A DNA stretch of 64,000 nucleotides, taken from sequence record PV796108.1; one strand, written 5' to 3'. The position numbers and the translations under genes were made by a program. Position 1 is the first letter of the stretch, and each line of letters begins with the position of its first letter. Below, piece by piece: positions 27,849 through 36,452 of this stretch. The notes under the pieces are model-generated. The model searched no databases. It was not told where the DNA came from and saw nothing but the letters and a program-made list of their open reading frames with translations.

Positions 27849-28079
27849 ATGGTTAATCAATTATTATCTAATATAAGTGTAATGTCTTATGTAGTAGTTA
27901 TATTAGGTATAGTATTATTTATCTCTTATATAGTTAGTTATTATAGTAAGAGTATCTTATATGTGTATTATGTCTTATCTATTATCTTTTATATATATGT
28001 AGGAGTAATAGTTATAAATGTATGGTTAGGGGCGGCGAGTAGTGAGAATTATGTTTGGTCATACGGTAAAGATATATAA
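27849..28079 (+). CDS. Two-TM membrane protein
   Basis: 76 aa, GAGGAGG SD, very hydrophobic, very AT-rich DNA. Confidence 0.65.
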   Translation: MVNQLLSNISVMSYVVVILGIVLFISYIVSYYSKSILYVYYVLSIIFYIYVGVIVINVWLGAASSENYVWSYGKDI

Positions 28080-28263
28080 AGGTACTAGAGATAATCTAGT
28101 TAAAAAAGTAAAGGAATGGTTTTCTGAAGAGGATATGTCTTCTTATGATTACTTAGTTATAAAAGGTAGGCTATATCATGTATGGTGTATAGAAGATGGA
28201 GCTATACATTGTGAAGAAGTATTAGGTGATGTAATAGTAGCTGAAGATACAGAAGAGGTATAG
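28042..28263 (+). CDS. Hypothetical protein
   Basis: 73 aa, GTG start. Confidence 0.55.
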   Translation: MRIMFGHTVKIYKGTRDNLVKKVKEWFSEEDMSSYDYLVIKGRLYHVWCIEDGAIHCEEVLGDVIVAEDTEEV

Positions 28264-28281
28264 GGGGCGCTTATTATCGTT

Positions 28282-28572
28282 ATGCATCAATTTTTTGTTA
28301 AAGTACATGATGAACTACCAAGGGATTGTTTTATGTGGAAGCACTTAAAAGGTAAAGTTTTATTAGTAGAGGGCGGTGACCCGACACGAACTAAAAACGT
28401 TACTGTTCATATTGTAAAGTGTCCTCATAATGATAAACATTTTACTCCTAACCACACGAGTTATCATCGAGGTGGAGCTGGTATTTTAAATCAGATTATA
28501 GATGTCATTGATATGGGAGATAGCAATGTTGTTAGTTTAAGTAGTTGGAGGTTTAACCGTGAGTTTAGGTGA
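28282..28572 (+). CDS. Paralog family A with C-terminal motif
   Basis: FFVKV...LKGKVLLV...KCPHNDKHF; ends SNVVSLSSWRF. Confidence 0.75.
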   Translation: MHQFFVKVHDELPRDCFMWKHLKGKVLLVEGGDPTRTKNVTVHIVKCPHNDKHFTPNHTSYHRGGAGILNQIIDVIDMGDSNVVSLSSWRFNREFR

Positions 28573-28642
28573 GATATGTGTAGTTGTATTTATAGCAGTT
28601 ATGATTGCAGGAGATGCTTATTTAAGAGGAGATGATGAATAA
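28559..28642 (+). CDS. 27-aa TM micropeptide
   Basis: GGAGG SD + GTG; MSLGEICVVVFIAVMIAGDAYLRGDDE; TAATG coupling to the next gene. Confidence 0.55.
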   Translation: MSLGEICVVVFIAVMIAGDAYLRGDDE

Positions 28643-28830
28643 TGAAAATTCGTGTTAAAAATGAAAAAGGTCTTATTGATACATTTAATATGAGAGACGG
28701 TATGAAACCTGATATGGTTGAACTTTCTATTATGATGGTTATGGGTCTTCGTACAAAGTATAATGCTGAGGAAGATATTTATGAACATGTACCGTTTGTT
28801 CGTGAAGATGGAGGGTGTATCAATGAATAA
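28642..28830 (+). CDS. Hypothetical protein
   Basis: 62 aa, translationally coupled. Confidence 0.65.
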   Translation: MKIRVKNEKGLIDTFNMRDGMKPDMVELSIMMVMGLRTKYNAEEDIYEHVPFVREDGGCINE

Positions 28831-28927
28831 GTGGGGTTGGTTAGGTGTCACATTAATTGGTGCAGTTATTAGTTTGTATGGTAACAAAAAGGTACAAGAG
28901 GAAGTAAGAAAGGAGCTGGGTGTTTAA
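28823..28927 (+). CDS. 34-aa TM micropeptide
   Basis: GGAGG SD; MNKWGWLGVTLIGAVISLYGNKKVQEEVRKELGV. Confidence 0.55.
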   Translation: MNKWGWLGVTLIGAVISLYGNKKVQEEVRKELGV

Positions 28928-29136
28928 TGTCTCCTGCTGAAAAGCTATTGTTAAATCTACTTCGCATGAATGGTACTAAAAATCCTATTGATGCTATTTA
29001 TTGCACGAACTTTGTTTATTTACAATATAGTGTGCATAAGAAAATGTTTTATGTAAGTGTAAATAACAAAATTGAGTATTTCAGCGGTGAGAGATTACTT
29101 CAGCTAATCAATATTCATGAGTTACGTTTATTATAA
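28927..29136 (+). CDS. Hypothetical protein
   Basis: 69 aa, AAGGAG SD. Confidence 0.65.
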   Translation: MSPAEKLLLNLLRMNGTKNPIDAIYCTNFVYLQYSVHKKMFYVSVNNKIEYFSGERLLQLINIHELRLL

Positions 29137-29149
29137 GGAGGAATTATTT

Positions 29150-29266
29150 ATGTGGTATTCAACTAAAGATACTTGTTGGAAAAAGGAATCATTGATTGTG
29201 GGGATTATTGGTTCTACTTTATTATCAGCAGTTATGACAGTAGGTTATACATTAACATCGTTTTAG
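29150..29266 (+). CDS. 38-aa TM micropeptide
   Basis: AAGGAGG SD; ...SLIVGLLVLLLLSAVMTVGYTLTSF. Confidence 0.6.
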   Translation: MWYSTKDTCWKKESLIVGIIGSTLLSAVMTVGYTLTSF

Positions 29267-29278
29267 GAGGAAGTTCTG

Positions 29279-29476
29279 TTGGATTTTTTACGTATGATCT
29301 TTGTGGATAGTGATTTTATTATGCGGGCAACGTTTTTATTAACGACTTGGATTATTGTGGGATACTTCATTAGCCGTGTAATAAGAGCAAGAAAACTATG
29401 TGATATTATGACTTGGTTAACTATTGTAACTGTAAGTTATTTAACTACGACTCTAGTTATTCAAGTCATGATATAG
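29279..29476 (+). CDS. Two-TM helical-hairpin protein (array member)
   Basis: 65 aa, two hydrophobic helices with a basic loop. Confidence 0.7.
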   Translation: MDFLRMIFVDSDFIMRATFLLTTWIIVGYFISRVIRARKLCDIMTWLTIVTVSYLTTTLVIQVMI

Positions 29477-29488
29477 GGGGAAGTTGTT

Positions 29489-29734
29489 ATGAATTTGACA
29501 CCAGTACTTGTTATTGCATTAACAATATTGTTGTTAGTTATTGGAACGGTAGCAATCTTTATTTTAAGTATATTGTTTTTAGAGACATCTAAAATTAGTA
29601 AGCACATACTAGCTAAGGATTATAAGGAAGGTGTTAAGTATTTCTTTATTGTTATTCTTTTATCTGTATGTGAATTTATCATGGTACTAGCTCTTATAGC
29701 TATTTATACTATGATTGCATCTTATGTATTATAG
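29489..29734 (+). CDS. Two-TM helical-hairpin protein (array member)
   Basis: Loop KISKHILAKDYKEGVKYF. Confidence 0.75.
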   Translation: MNLTPVLVIALTILLLVIGTVAIFILSILFLETSKISKHILAKDYKEGVKYFFIVILLSVCEFIMVLALIAIYTMIASYVL

Positions 29735-29745
29735 GAGGTAAATAA

Positions 29746-29988
29746 ATGAGTAATACATTAGTTGTTTTAATTTCAATGGCAATGATGTGTGTATCTATTA
29801 TAGTAGCAATTGCATTGTTCATTATGCTTATTGTTGCCATTACAAAAATTGTGAAAAGTATAAATGAGAAAATGTATAAAGTAGCTGGAGCTTATTTCGG
29901 CGCAGCAGTTTCTTTATTAATTTGCTTAGGATTAGATTTCTTAGCTATATATGCTGCATATGGTTTAGTTGATTCATTAGTTAAGTAG
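29746..29988 (+). CDS. Two-TM helical-hairpin protein (array member)
   Basis: Loop KIVKSINEKMYKVAGAYF. Confidence 0.75.
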   Translation: MSNTLVVLISMAMMCVSIIVAIALFIMLIVAITKIVKSINEKMYKVAGAYFGAAVSLLICLGLDFLAIYAAYGLVDSLVK

Positions 29989-29997
29989 GAGGTAAAC

Positions 29998-30240
29998 ATG
30001 GTTCCGATTATTGATATGATACTTACTGGATTTATGATTTTTCTTTTATTTAATATGTTCGGTGTAGGTATTTGGTTTGCCATTATGCTTATGAGTTATG
30101 TAGGCGATTTGATAAGTAATATAAGAACAAAGGATTGGTTCAATTCAGTAAAAGCTTATGGTGGCTTTGTAGGATTTGCGACACTCTTATGTTTTGATAT
30201 CATAGGTATGTTAGCAATACTTGATGTAATTGTTAAATAA
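29998..30240 (+). CDS. Two-TM helical-hairpin protein (array member)
   Basis: Loop DLISNIRTKDWFNSVKAY. Confidence 0.75.
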   Translation: MVPIIDMILTGFMIFLLFNMFGVGIWFAIMLMSYVGDLISNIRTKDWFNSVKAYGGFVGFATLLCFDIIGMLAILDVIVK

Positions 30241-30254
30241 AAGGAGAGATAGTT

Positions 30255-30539
30255 ATGGTAGATAAAATATTTGATTGGATTAAACAAGGTAAACATGTTT
30301 TAGTGAAAGACCATTCAAAGATTGTGTATCATTTATATCCATCTGTAGGAAAAACACATTTTGTTGCAAATGTATTTGGCATTGAACCTGGTTATTTTGG
30401 AACAAGATTAGCTTTTGATGAAGATGAAGTGAAACAATCTTTCACTAAAGAATCTACTGAGAAAAAAGTAGAGTTTTATGAAGATGGTGACAGCGCCAAA
30501 GCTGAATTAGCGAAATTTGGTTATAAGTATGTTTCTTAA
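30255..30539 (+). CDS. Hypothetical protein
   Basis: 94 aa, AAGGAG SD. Confidence 0.7.
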   Translation: MVDKIFDWIKQGKHVLVKDHSKIVYHLYPSVGKTHFVANVFGIEPGYFGTRLAFDEDEVKQSFTKESTEKKVEFYEDGDSAKAELAKFGYKYVS

Positions 30540-30774
30540 TTTCTTACTGTACCTATTCTTTAGCGTTTTAACATTTAATGCAGGTATTTTATTTATTCTT
30601 GTATTTATTGAATTCATTAAATATACAGTTCGGTTCTTTAAAAGTTTATACAAACGAGATAAACATAACATAGCTAGACATTATGGTTCAATGATGATGT
30701 TTTTACTATGTTCGATTTTTATGTTGTTTGCTATAGGTGCATTTGTTACTCCAATGATAAATAAGTTTCAGTAG
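30517..30774 (+). CDS. Two-TM helical-hairpin protein (array member)
   Basis: Loop RFFKSLYKRDKHNIARHY; start uncertain. Confidence 0.65.
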   Translation: MVISMFLNFLLYLFFSVLTFNAGILFILVFIEFIKYTVRFFKSLYKRDKHNIARHYGSMMMFLLCSIFMLFAIGAFVTPMINKFQ

Positions 30775-30782
30775 GTGATAAC

Positions 30783-31139
30783 ATGAGTAAGTTTTACAAT
30801 CAAATTAGGTGGGAACGTGAGAAGCCTGAGAACTTTAGTAAACCTTTTTTTATTAAAGTAGATGCTTATAAAAATGATAAAGACCTCAGTGTTTGGGAAT
30901 CACTAAAAGATAAGGTTATTTTGGTTGTTGAATATCATCCAGATGGTAAGTATAGTCACTTATCTTCATCAGATTATCAAATCTTACCACATCCTTTTAA
31001 TGATGCGATTAAAAATGATTGGCCTCCTCATTACTTTGAAAATGCACATTGTATTGCAAAAAGATTATGTACTGTATATGTAGAAAACAATGAGCAAGCA
31101 ACAATTGGTTTGAAGGAGGAATTTGATTGGACATCTTAA
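30783..31139 (+). CDS. Paralog family A with C-terminal motif
   Basis: FFIKV...LKDKVILV...PHPFND; ends NNEQATIGLKEE. Confidence 0.75.
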   Translation: MSKFYNQIRWEREKPENFSKPFFIKVDAYKNDKDLSVWESLKDKVILVVEYHPDGKYSHLSSSDYQILPHPFNDAIKNDWPPHYFENAHCIAKRLCTVYVENNEQATIGLKEEFDWTS

Positions 31140-31303
31140 TTAAATTATTTACAAGTGTAGGGGCATTTATCTTAATGATAGTGTCCCTTCTTTTGTTTAA
31201 GTTAATTGATTCGATTTTTGGATTTGGATTGGGAAATTATATCATGAACACGTTATATATTTATTTGTTCTTATTTGCATTTCTGTATATGACCAGGGAT
31301 TGA
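31127..31303 (+). CDS. 58-aa two-TM peptide
   Basis: AAGGAGG SD + TTG; not in track. Confidence 0.55.
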   Translation: MDILIKLFTSVGAFILMIVSLLLFKLIDSIFGFGLGNYIMNTLYIYLFLFAFLYMTRD

Positions 31304-31315
31304 GGAGGTTGTAAT

Positions 31316-31624
31316 ATGGCACCAAAATGTATTGGTAAATCTTTTTATGTACGAGTAAATGAAAGCCTACCTGAATCTGCTTTACGTAGTTATGGTTTAG
31401 CTAGAGGACAATTTGTTAAAGTGAGAAGGTATAATATAAAAGGTGAATATGCAAGCTTATGTAATTCATATTTCAATCTTACTCCTTGTAATGAAAATGA
31501 TGTTTTCTTTCTAAAAGAAAGCTCCTATATTCGAGGCTCTTTAACAATCCCTCAAGACTATTGTGAGTTTACCAATGATGTTTCAGTTACAAAGCTTATG
31601 AAAGAAGAGGAAGGTTGGTTTTAA
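31316..31624 (+). CDS. Paralog family A with variant C-terminal motif
   Basis: FYVRV...PCNENDVFF; ends TNDVSVTKLMKEEE. Confidence 0.75.
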   Translation: MAPKCIGKSFYVRVNESLPESALRSYGLARGQFVKVRRYNIKGEYASLCNSYFNLTPCNENDVFFLKESSYIRGSLTIPQDYCEFTNDVSVTKLMKEEEGWF

Positions 31625-31625
31625 T

Positions 31626-31772
31626 ATGGCACGATTATTAATAATGATATTATTAGGCATGTTATTAATACTTGAGATAAATGGTTTAACTACAGAAAAG
31701 ATTTATATTGTCTTTATCTGTTACTTTTCATTCTTTGCAGCTTTTGGAGCGAATAGGGAGGGTAAAAAGTGA
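31626..31772 (+). CDS. 48-aa hydrophobic peptide
   Basis: MARLLIMILLGMLLILEING...; coupled to neighbours. Confidence 0.5.
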   Translation: MARLLIMILLGMLLILEINGLTTEKIYIVFICYFSFFAAFGANREGKK

Positions 31773-31993
31773 TTGTACACAACTTCTTTTTTAACCCTAA
31801 ATTTATATTTAGTTTAATGACGGTCTTATTTATTCTTATGATTGTATGTTTTGCTTTAGAAAAACTGGTTGCTTATCGTAATGAGAAGTATCCACGTATT
31901 TGTGGTTTTGTATTTGCAGGTATCTTGATTAATTATATGATTATATATGCATTCATTGCATCATGTACAAATATGATTCGAGCTTGGGAATAG
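31769..31993 (+). CDS. Two-TM membrane protein, paralog of 32490
   Basis: Shared N-terminus IVHNFFFNP / IIHNLFLNV. Confidence 0.7.
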   Translation: MIVHNFFFNPKFIFSLMTVLFILMIVCFALEKLVAYRNEKYPRICGFVFAGILINYMIIYAFIASCTNMIRAWE

Positions 31994-32004
31994 GAGGTCT
32001 TCTT

Positions 32005-32259
32005 ATGAATGTAGAAGTAAACCATACTCCATTAATTGAAGTAGGAGATACCGTTACTATAGCAGGATGGGGTTCAGAAGGAAAAACTCATCATACTGTT
32101 ATAAGATATGGTAGGAATTTTCTAGTTGTAGAATTAGAAGGTGCAAGAGTAAGACATGAATTTGTTACTATTAATGATGTGCGTAAGTACTTTGCAACAG
32201 AGAAGGTAATAGAAATACTAAGACACAATGACTACAAAGTGTCTATTCAAAAGTTGTAG
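32005..32259 (+). CDS. Hypothetical small beta-barrel protein
   Basis: Start moved to ATG 32005 after AGGAGG; IEVGDTVTI. Confidence 0.65.
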   Translation: MNVEVNHTPLIEVGDTVTIAGWGSEGKTHHTVIRYGRNFLVVELEGARVRHEFVTINDVRKYFATEKVIEILRHNDYKVSIQKL

Positions 32260-32325
32260 GATTATTATGGTCCTACTTTTTATTTGTGCCGCTATTATAA
32301 TCTGGGATATAGGGAGGCAACGCAA

Positions 32326-32493
32326 ATGAATGAGAATCAGCATTTGTGGCAAGTGAAATTAAGTACAGGCAAAGTTATTCATTTCTATTCTAGTTCTACA
32401 AGTTTTAGCTCTGTTTATCATGCTACATCTCATATTCATGAGTATCATTTACTTGTAGGATTGGAAAGATTAGGGGAGTTGAAAGCACTATGA
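32326..32493 (+). CDS. Hypothetical protein
   Basis: Start moved to ATG 32326 after GGGAGG. Confidence 0.6.
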   Translation: MNENQHLWQVKLSTGKVIHFYSSSTSFSSVYHATSHIHEYHLLVGLERLGELKAL

Positions 32494-32720
32494 ACATTAT
32501 ACATAATTTATTTTTAAACGTACCAGTAATATTGGGTATTGCAGGTCTTATGTTTATCTTATCAATTGCAATTGGTATAGCGACTGACAAAGTAAAAAGA
32601 CGATTTGTTCATTACTATGGAACGAAGATATCAGATTTCTTATTCGTAGGTAGCTTTGCATACATTGCTATGTGTGCATTTGCTGGTTCTATTTATTTCA
32701 TTATTAATAATTGGGTATGA
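32490..32720 (+). CDS. Two-TM membrane protein, paralog of 31769
   Basis: 76 aa, hydrophobic hairpin. Confidence 0.7.
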   Translation: MNIIHNLFLNVPVILGIAGLMFILSIAIGIATDKVKRRFVHYYGTKISDFLFVGSFAYIAMCAFAGSIYFIINNWV

Positions 32721-32745
32721 TATCTCCTGAATAGGAGGTTTCGTC

Positions 32746-32829
32746 GTGAATACGCCAAGTTGGTTTATATTGTTCCCCTTTATTGTTTTTATACTTTATT
32801 GGATAATAAGATTAATATGGAGGGATTAG
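32746..32829 (+). CDS. 27-aa TM micropeptide
   Basis: AGGAGG SD + GTG; MNTPSWFILFPFIVFILYWIIRLIWRD. Confidence 0.6.
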   Translation: MNTPSWFILFPFIVFILYWIIRLIWRD

Positions 32830-33147
32830 ATGTTTATACGAGTAAATTGTTACGATCCAATAAACTCATGGAATCAAGCACACGGAACTGTTCTTGAAGC
32901 AGAGAAAGCAACCGTTGCTAATTTACCACAAATGAAAGAAAGTAAAATTGAAGAACCACTTCAACATTTTATGATTCCTATTACTGAGTTTAATAACAAA
33001 GCAATGGAGAAGCTTTATAGAAGTACAGCACATAGCTTTTTTAATTACATATACAAACAAGGTGGTATGTGTATCCATAGTAAGTTTTGTTCAGCAGTTA
33101 GTAATCAAGAAGCAGCTTCTAAAATGAGAAAAGAAGGTTTGTTATAG
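32830..33147 (+). CDS. Paralog family A with C-terminal motif
   Basis: MFIRV...TEFNNKAM; ends SNQEAASKMRKEGLL. Confidence 0.75.
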   Translation: MFIRVNCYDPINSWNQAHGTVLEAEKATVANLPQMKESKIEEPLQHFMIPITEFNNKAMEKLYRSTAHSFFNYIYKQGGMCIHSKFCSAVSNQEAASKMRKEGLL

Positions 33148-33170
33148 GGCGCATTTGTCGCCCTTTTTTT
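33146..33170 (+). terminator. Intrinsic terminator followed by CCGCTAAGGAG
   Basis: AGGGCG / CGCCCT stem plus T7. Confidence 0.75.
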
Positions 33171-33267
33171 ATTCCGCTAAGGAGGGATTTCAATGGTGAA
33201 GTTAATTATTGTGGTAACATCAACAATGCTTTTGGTATCATGTGCCGCTATCTAAATAACAATAGGA

Positions 33268-33627
33268 GTGATAATTATGAACGCTGAGTATATGCCCAAT
33301 AAAAAAGCAGATAGGATTGAAAAAAAAACAATTGGTCAGCCTTTCTTAATAGAAATCACAACTGACCTTGCTAGTCCATTTAAAACTGGAGATAAGGTAG
33401 TTGCAATGGAATACAAAAAGAGTTTCAATATGGATGCTGGTGACTTATTTGTTGTTCCTTGTAAACACAATGATATTTTAATTAAGAAAAACGGTAGCAT
33501 TCCTAGTAGGCATTATTCATATGATATAGCTGGTATGTATATTGGCAAGCACAAATATAAAAAGTATTCTGCTGTCAATCGAATAGCAGTAAATACATTT
33601 AAAAGGGATGAATTTTATTATGAATGA
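33268..33627 (+). CDS. Paralog family A with C-terminal motif
   Basis: PFLIEI...PCKHNDIL; ends VNRIAVNTFKRDE. Confidence 0.75.
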   Translation: MIIMNAEYMPNKKADRIEKKTIGQPFLIEITTDLASPFKTGDKVVAMEYKKSFNMDAGDLFVVPCKHNDILIKKNGSIPSRHYSYDIAGMYIGKHKYKKYSAVNRIAVNTFKRDEFYYE

Positions 33628-33949
33628 AGACATGATGCTTAACAGACCTGAATTAGAAAGATATAGTTCTTTTAGTTTATATGGAAAACCATATCTTGTT
33701 CGTGTAAATGAAGATTTTCCTTCTATCATGATGAAAGGATTAGTTGGTCAGGTTGTTGTCGTAGGTGAAGCTAGTCGTTTCCAAGACCCGTATGCTGGTT
33801 ATCCTGGTGTTAGTTCCACTATTCCTAGCGATGTTGTATTAGTACCCTGTAATCATAACGATAATATATTTGGTGTAGAAAACTTACCTAAAGATTATCG
33901 TGAAGGCATTGCTTATATTAATCGAAAGTGGTTAACAAAAATTGAGTAG
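33608..33949 (+). CDS. Paralog family A lacking the C-terminal motif
   Basis: PYLVRV...PCNHNDNIF; ends RKWLTKIE. Confidence 0.75.
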   Translation: MNFIMNEDMMLNRPELERYSSFSLYGKPYLVRVNEDFPSIMMKGLVGQVVVVGEASRFQDPYAGYPGVSSTIPSDVVLVPCNHNDNIFGVENLPKDYREGIAYINRKWLTKIE

Positions 33950-34097
33950 GTGATAATATGTATGGTTTCCGTATTTTACATTGGAATGGTGTACCAGAAG
34001 TATTCTGGAGCCACTCTCCATATGAATGTGATTTACCATCTAGATTTGATAATGCAATTGATATTCAATTTTTAGATGTTGTATAAGGAGGTATCGT

Positions 34098-34448
34098 ATG
34101 ATAATTACAGTGAAAGCTGCAAAAGGAAATGGTTGGTACGATATTAATGGTCACCAACTTGAAGTTGTTCCAGTTACACCTGAAATGATTCGGGAAAAAG
34201 GTTCAGACTTAAATGTAGGTAGAGATATAAGGAAGTACTACCTTGCAATTGATTCTGAATTTAATCGCAACTTATTAGACAAATTAGTACATGAAGGTTA
34301 TTTAGGTCAACATTCAAGTTTTATTCGTTGGGCTGAACATTTTATATTTAAAAGCAAGACAGCTCTTATTCATAAGTCTTATATGAGCAAACCACTTAAT
34401 GATGCTCATGTTCTTAACTTCAAAGGTGAAGAACTGAGGTGTGATTAA
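34098..34448 (+). CDS. Paralog family A (divergent) with C-terminal motif
   Basis: SEFNRNLL; ends LNDAHVLNFKGEE. Confidence 0.7.
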   Translation: MIITVKAAKGNGWYDINGHQLEVVPVTPEMIREKGSDLNVGRDIRKYYLAIDSEFNRNLLDKLVHEGYLGQHSSFIRWAEHFIFKSKTALIHKSYMSKPLNDAHVLNFKGEELRCD

Positions 34449-34588
34449 TGGCAGTCAATGATTGCTGGTGTGATCTATGTGATGATAAGATTAAAGCCGT
34501 GAAAGTTAAACTTCATGGAAAGATACTACATATATGTAACCACTGTCATAGTTTATGTGCAGGTTGCGAAGAAGTGAAAGGGGAGTAA
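34448..34588 (+). CDS. 46-aa Cys-rich Zn-finger-like peptide
   Basis: GAGG SD; CWCDLCD...CNHCHSLCAGC. Confidence 0.55.
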   Translation: MAVNDCWCDLCDDKIKAVKVKLHGKILHICNHCHSLCAGCEEVKGE

Positions 34589-34592
34589 AAAA

Positions 34593-34838
34593 GTGAGAAA
34601 ACAATATAAAATTAAAGAGGTGCCCAACCTTATCTGTATTGAAGAAAGTGGTCATGTTCGTGACTTCTCATCATTAGTATCAGGTAACGTAAGAATCTTT
34701 GCTGTTGAGAATTGGATGCCAGTTCTAATAGCTGAAGGTGAAGTTTTTGATAGTTATAGATGTGAAGAGTCAGGTCAATGGGAAATCATCTTGAAATCTC
34801 TAGAGAGTGTAAAGGAATCCTTAGTAGAGGAGATTTAA
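34593..34838 (+). CDS. Hypothetical protein
   Basis: 81 aa, GGGGAG SD. Confidence 0.65.
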   Translation: MRKQYKIKEVPNLICIEESGHVRDFSSLVSGNVRIFAVENWMPVLIAEGEVFDSYRCEESGQWEIILKSLESVKESLVEEI

Positions 34839-34839
34839 C

Positions 34840-35025
34840 GTGTTTACCTTTTTTCAAATATATCCGTTCTTATTGATTGGTGGAATTATCCTAGCTCTTA
34901 CAATGTGTGCATTATGCATCAATCGAGAAGAAGCTAGTTTTGAAGATAAAGTTTGGGGTTCATTCTATCTTATTATTGGACTAGTAATGATAGTCTTACT
35001 GAGTGAATTCCAATATTTTATATAA
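34840..35025 (+). CDS. Two-TM membrane protein
   Basis: 61 aa, hydrophobic hairpin. Confidence 0.65.
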   Translation: MFTFFQIYPFLLIGGIILALTMCALCINREEASFEDKVWGSFYLIIGLVMIVLLSEFQYFI

Positions 35026-35183
35026 GTGGAATGTTTTTCGCCTTGATTACCTGGGAAATAACGTGTTATCCTTACAGAGGTATCACATCGAACATGTCAC
35101 AAGAAAAACCCGATATCTGCTAAATTGCAAGAAAGAAGACTCCGTTACTGCATATACGGGGTCTTTTTTCGTTACATTGTAAT

Positions 35184-35417
35184 ATGTGTAAAATTCAAGG
35201 ATTCTGTATGGGGAGAGAAAAAAATTTGATTATTTTTTATGGAGCTATTGGTTTTGCTATACTATTCGCTTTTCTATCATTAATGTGTCTCATACACTAT
35301 GGATTATCTCGTAGTGAAACATCTTATTCTAGAGCAATTTGGTTTGGTATATTTTCTTTTGCCAACATCTTGTTTCTTATTTTTAAAATTGATGGATTCA
35401 TGAATCGAATCTTCTAG
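35184..35417 (+). CDS. Two-TM membrane protein
   Basis: Hydrophobic hairpin; start uncertain. Confidence 0.6.
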   Translation: MCKIQGFCMGREKNLIIFYGAIGFAILFAFLSLMCLIHYGLSRSETSYSRAIWFGIFSFANILFLIFKIDGFMNRIF

Positions 35418-35424
35418 GAGGTAT

Positions 35425-35655
35425 ATGATGGAACATCTTGCTAGTGTTGCATTTATTATTTTTATGACTGTAGCTGCTGGTTATAATGTTTGCAGATGTT
35501 TAATCAATCTACAGTACATCAAGCATTACATAAGTACAGGACAAAAAGAAAATTCTCGTTTCGTATGGAAACAAAGAGCATTATTCTTTAATTGTGTCTT
35601 TACTATTTTCTTCATTGCAAGCCTATTAGCTGAATTACTAACAAGGTATGCATAG
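35425..35655 (+). CDS. Two-TM membrane protein, paralog of 36203 and 39920
   Basis: Loop IKHYISTGQ vs VHYYVQKGD vs IQYYITTGQ. Confidence 0.7.
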   Translation: MMEHLASVAFIIFMTVAAGYNVCRCLINLQYIKHYISTGQKENSRFVWKQRALFFNCVFTIFFIASLLAELLTRYA

Positions 35656-35665
35656 GAGGTGTGTC

Positions 35666-35941
35666 ATGGAATTAATTCCAGTTGGTACAGAAGTAAGAGT
35701 ACGTTCGGATTCACCGTATTATCCACAGAATTTTGTTGATAAGCATCTTTTGTCAGGAACCCTTCAAGGTATTGTTATTAGGAATGACCATAAATCAGCT
35801 GGAGATAAACGCTATATTTATCGCGTAGAATGGTTTTTAAAAGGTAAGTCTTATGATAAAAACAATTATCGTCCATTAGATTTAGAAGCTATTCACAACA
35901 TCGGTATGGTTCATAAGATGAATCAGGAGGATGCGTTATGA
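35666..35941 (+). CDS. Paralog family B (PIGT, SH3/KOW-like) with C-terminal motif
   Basis: IPVGTEVRVR..S.Y..Q...YRVEW...NNYRPLDL; ends HNIGMVHKMNQED. Confidence 0.75.
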   Translation: MELIPVGTEVRVRSDSPYYPQNFVDKHLLSGTLQGIVIRNDHKSAGDKRYIYRVEWFLKGKSYDKNNYRPLDLEAIHNIGMVHKMNQEDAL

Positions 35942-36216
35942 TTTATCCAATAGGTACATATGTACAAATAAGAAAAAACACTGAGTATTACCATCAACAG
36001 TTTGTTAGTTATGACCCTCACAAAGAAAAACTTAATGGTGTAGTTGTTAATAATGAATACGATGGTGATGGAGAAGAGGAGTATATCTACAAAGTAGAAT
36101 GGGAACTTGAAGGTGAATATCATAGTTCTAACTTTTATCGTATTGAAGATTTAGAGGAAGCAAAGAACATATCTCAAGTTCGTAACTTTAAAAAGGAGGA
36201 GAATGTATTTGACTAA
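35938..36216 (+). CDS. Paralog family B with C-terminal motif
   Basis: YPIGTYVQIR...YKVEW...NFYRIEDL; ends KNISQVRNFKKEE. Confidence 0.75.
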   Translation: MIYPIGTYVQIRKNTEYYHQQFVSYDPHKEKLNGVVVNNEYDGDGEEEYIYKVEWELEGEYHSSNFYRIEDLEEAKNISQVRNFKKEENVFD

Positions 36217-36433
36217 TACACAACAATTAACTGCTATGTGTTATGTTGTATTATTTGCTTTCTTCTTTATGAATGCATTTGTTTCAATGTGTAAAGTTCA
36301 TTATTACGTACAAAAAGGTGATGCTAAAAGCAAGCCATTTAAAAAAGTGTTTTTTAGTGCCACAGGATGGCTTATCCTAGCATTAATGAATTTTGTTATT
36401 GCTTTTTATTCTTTTGCAAGTTATATAAATTAA
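36203..36433 (+). CDS. Two-TM membrane protein
   Basis: 76 aa, hydrophobic hairpin. Confidence 0.7.
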   Translation: MYLTNTQQLTAMCYVVLFAFFFMNAFVSMCKVHYYVQKGDAKSKPFKKVFFSATGWLILALMNFVIAFYSFASYIN

Positions 36434-36452
36434 TTTAAAGGGAGAGATACTA

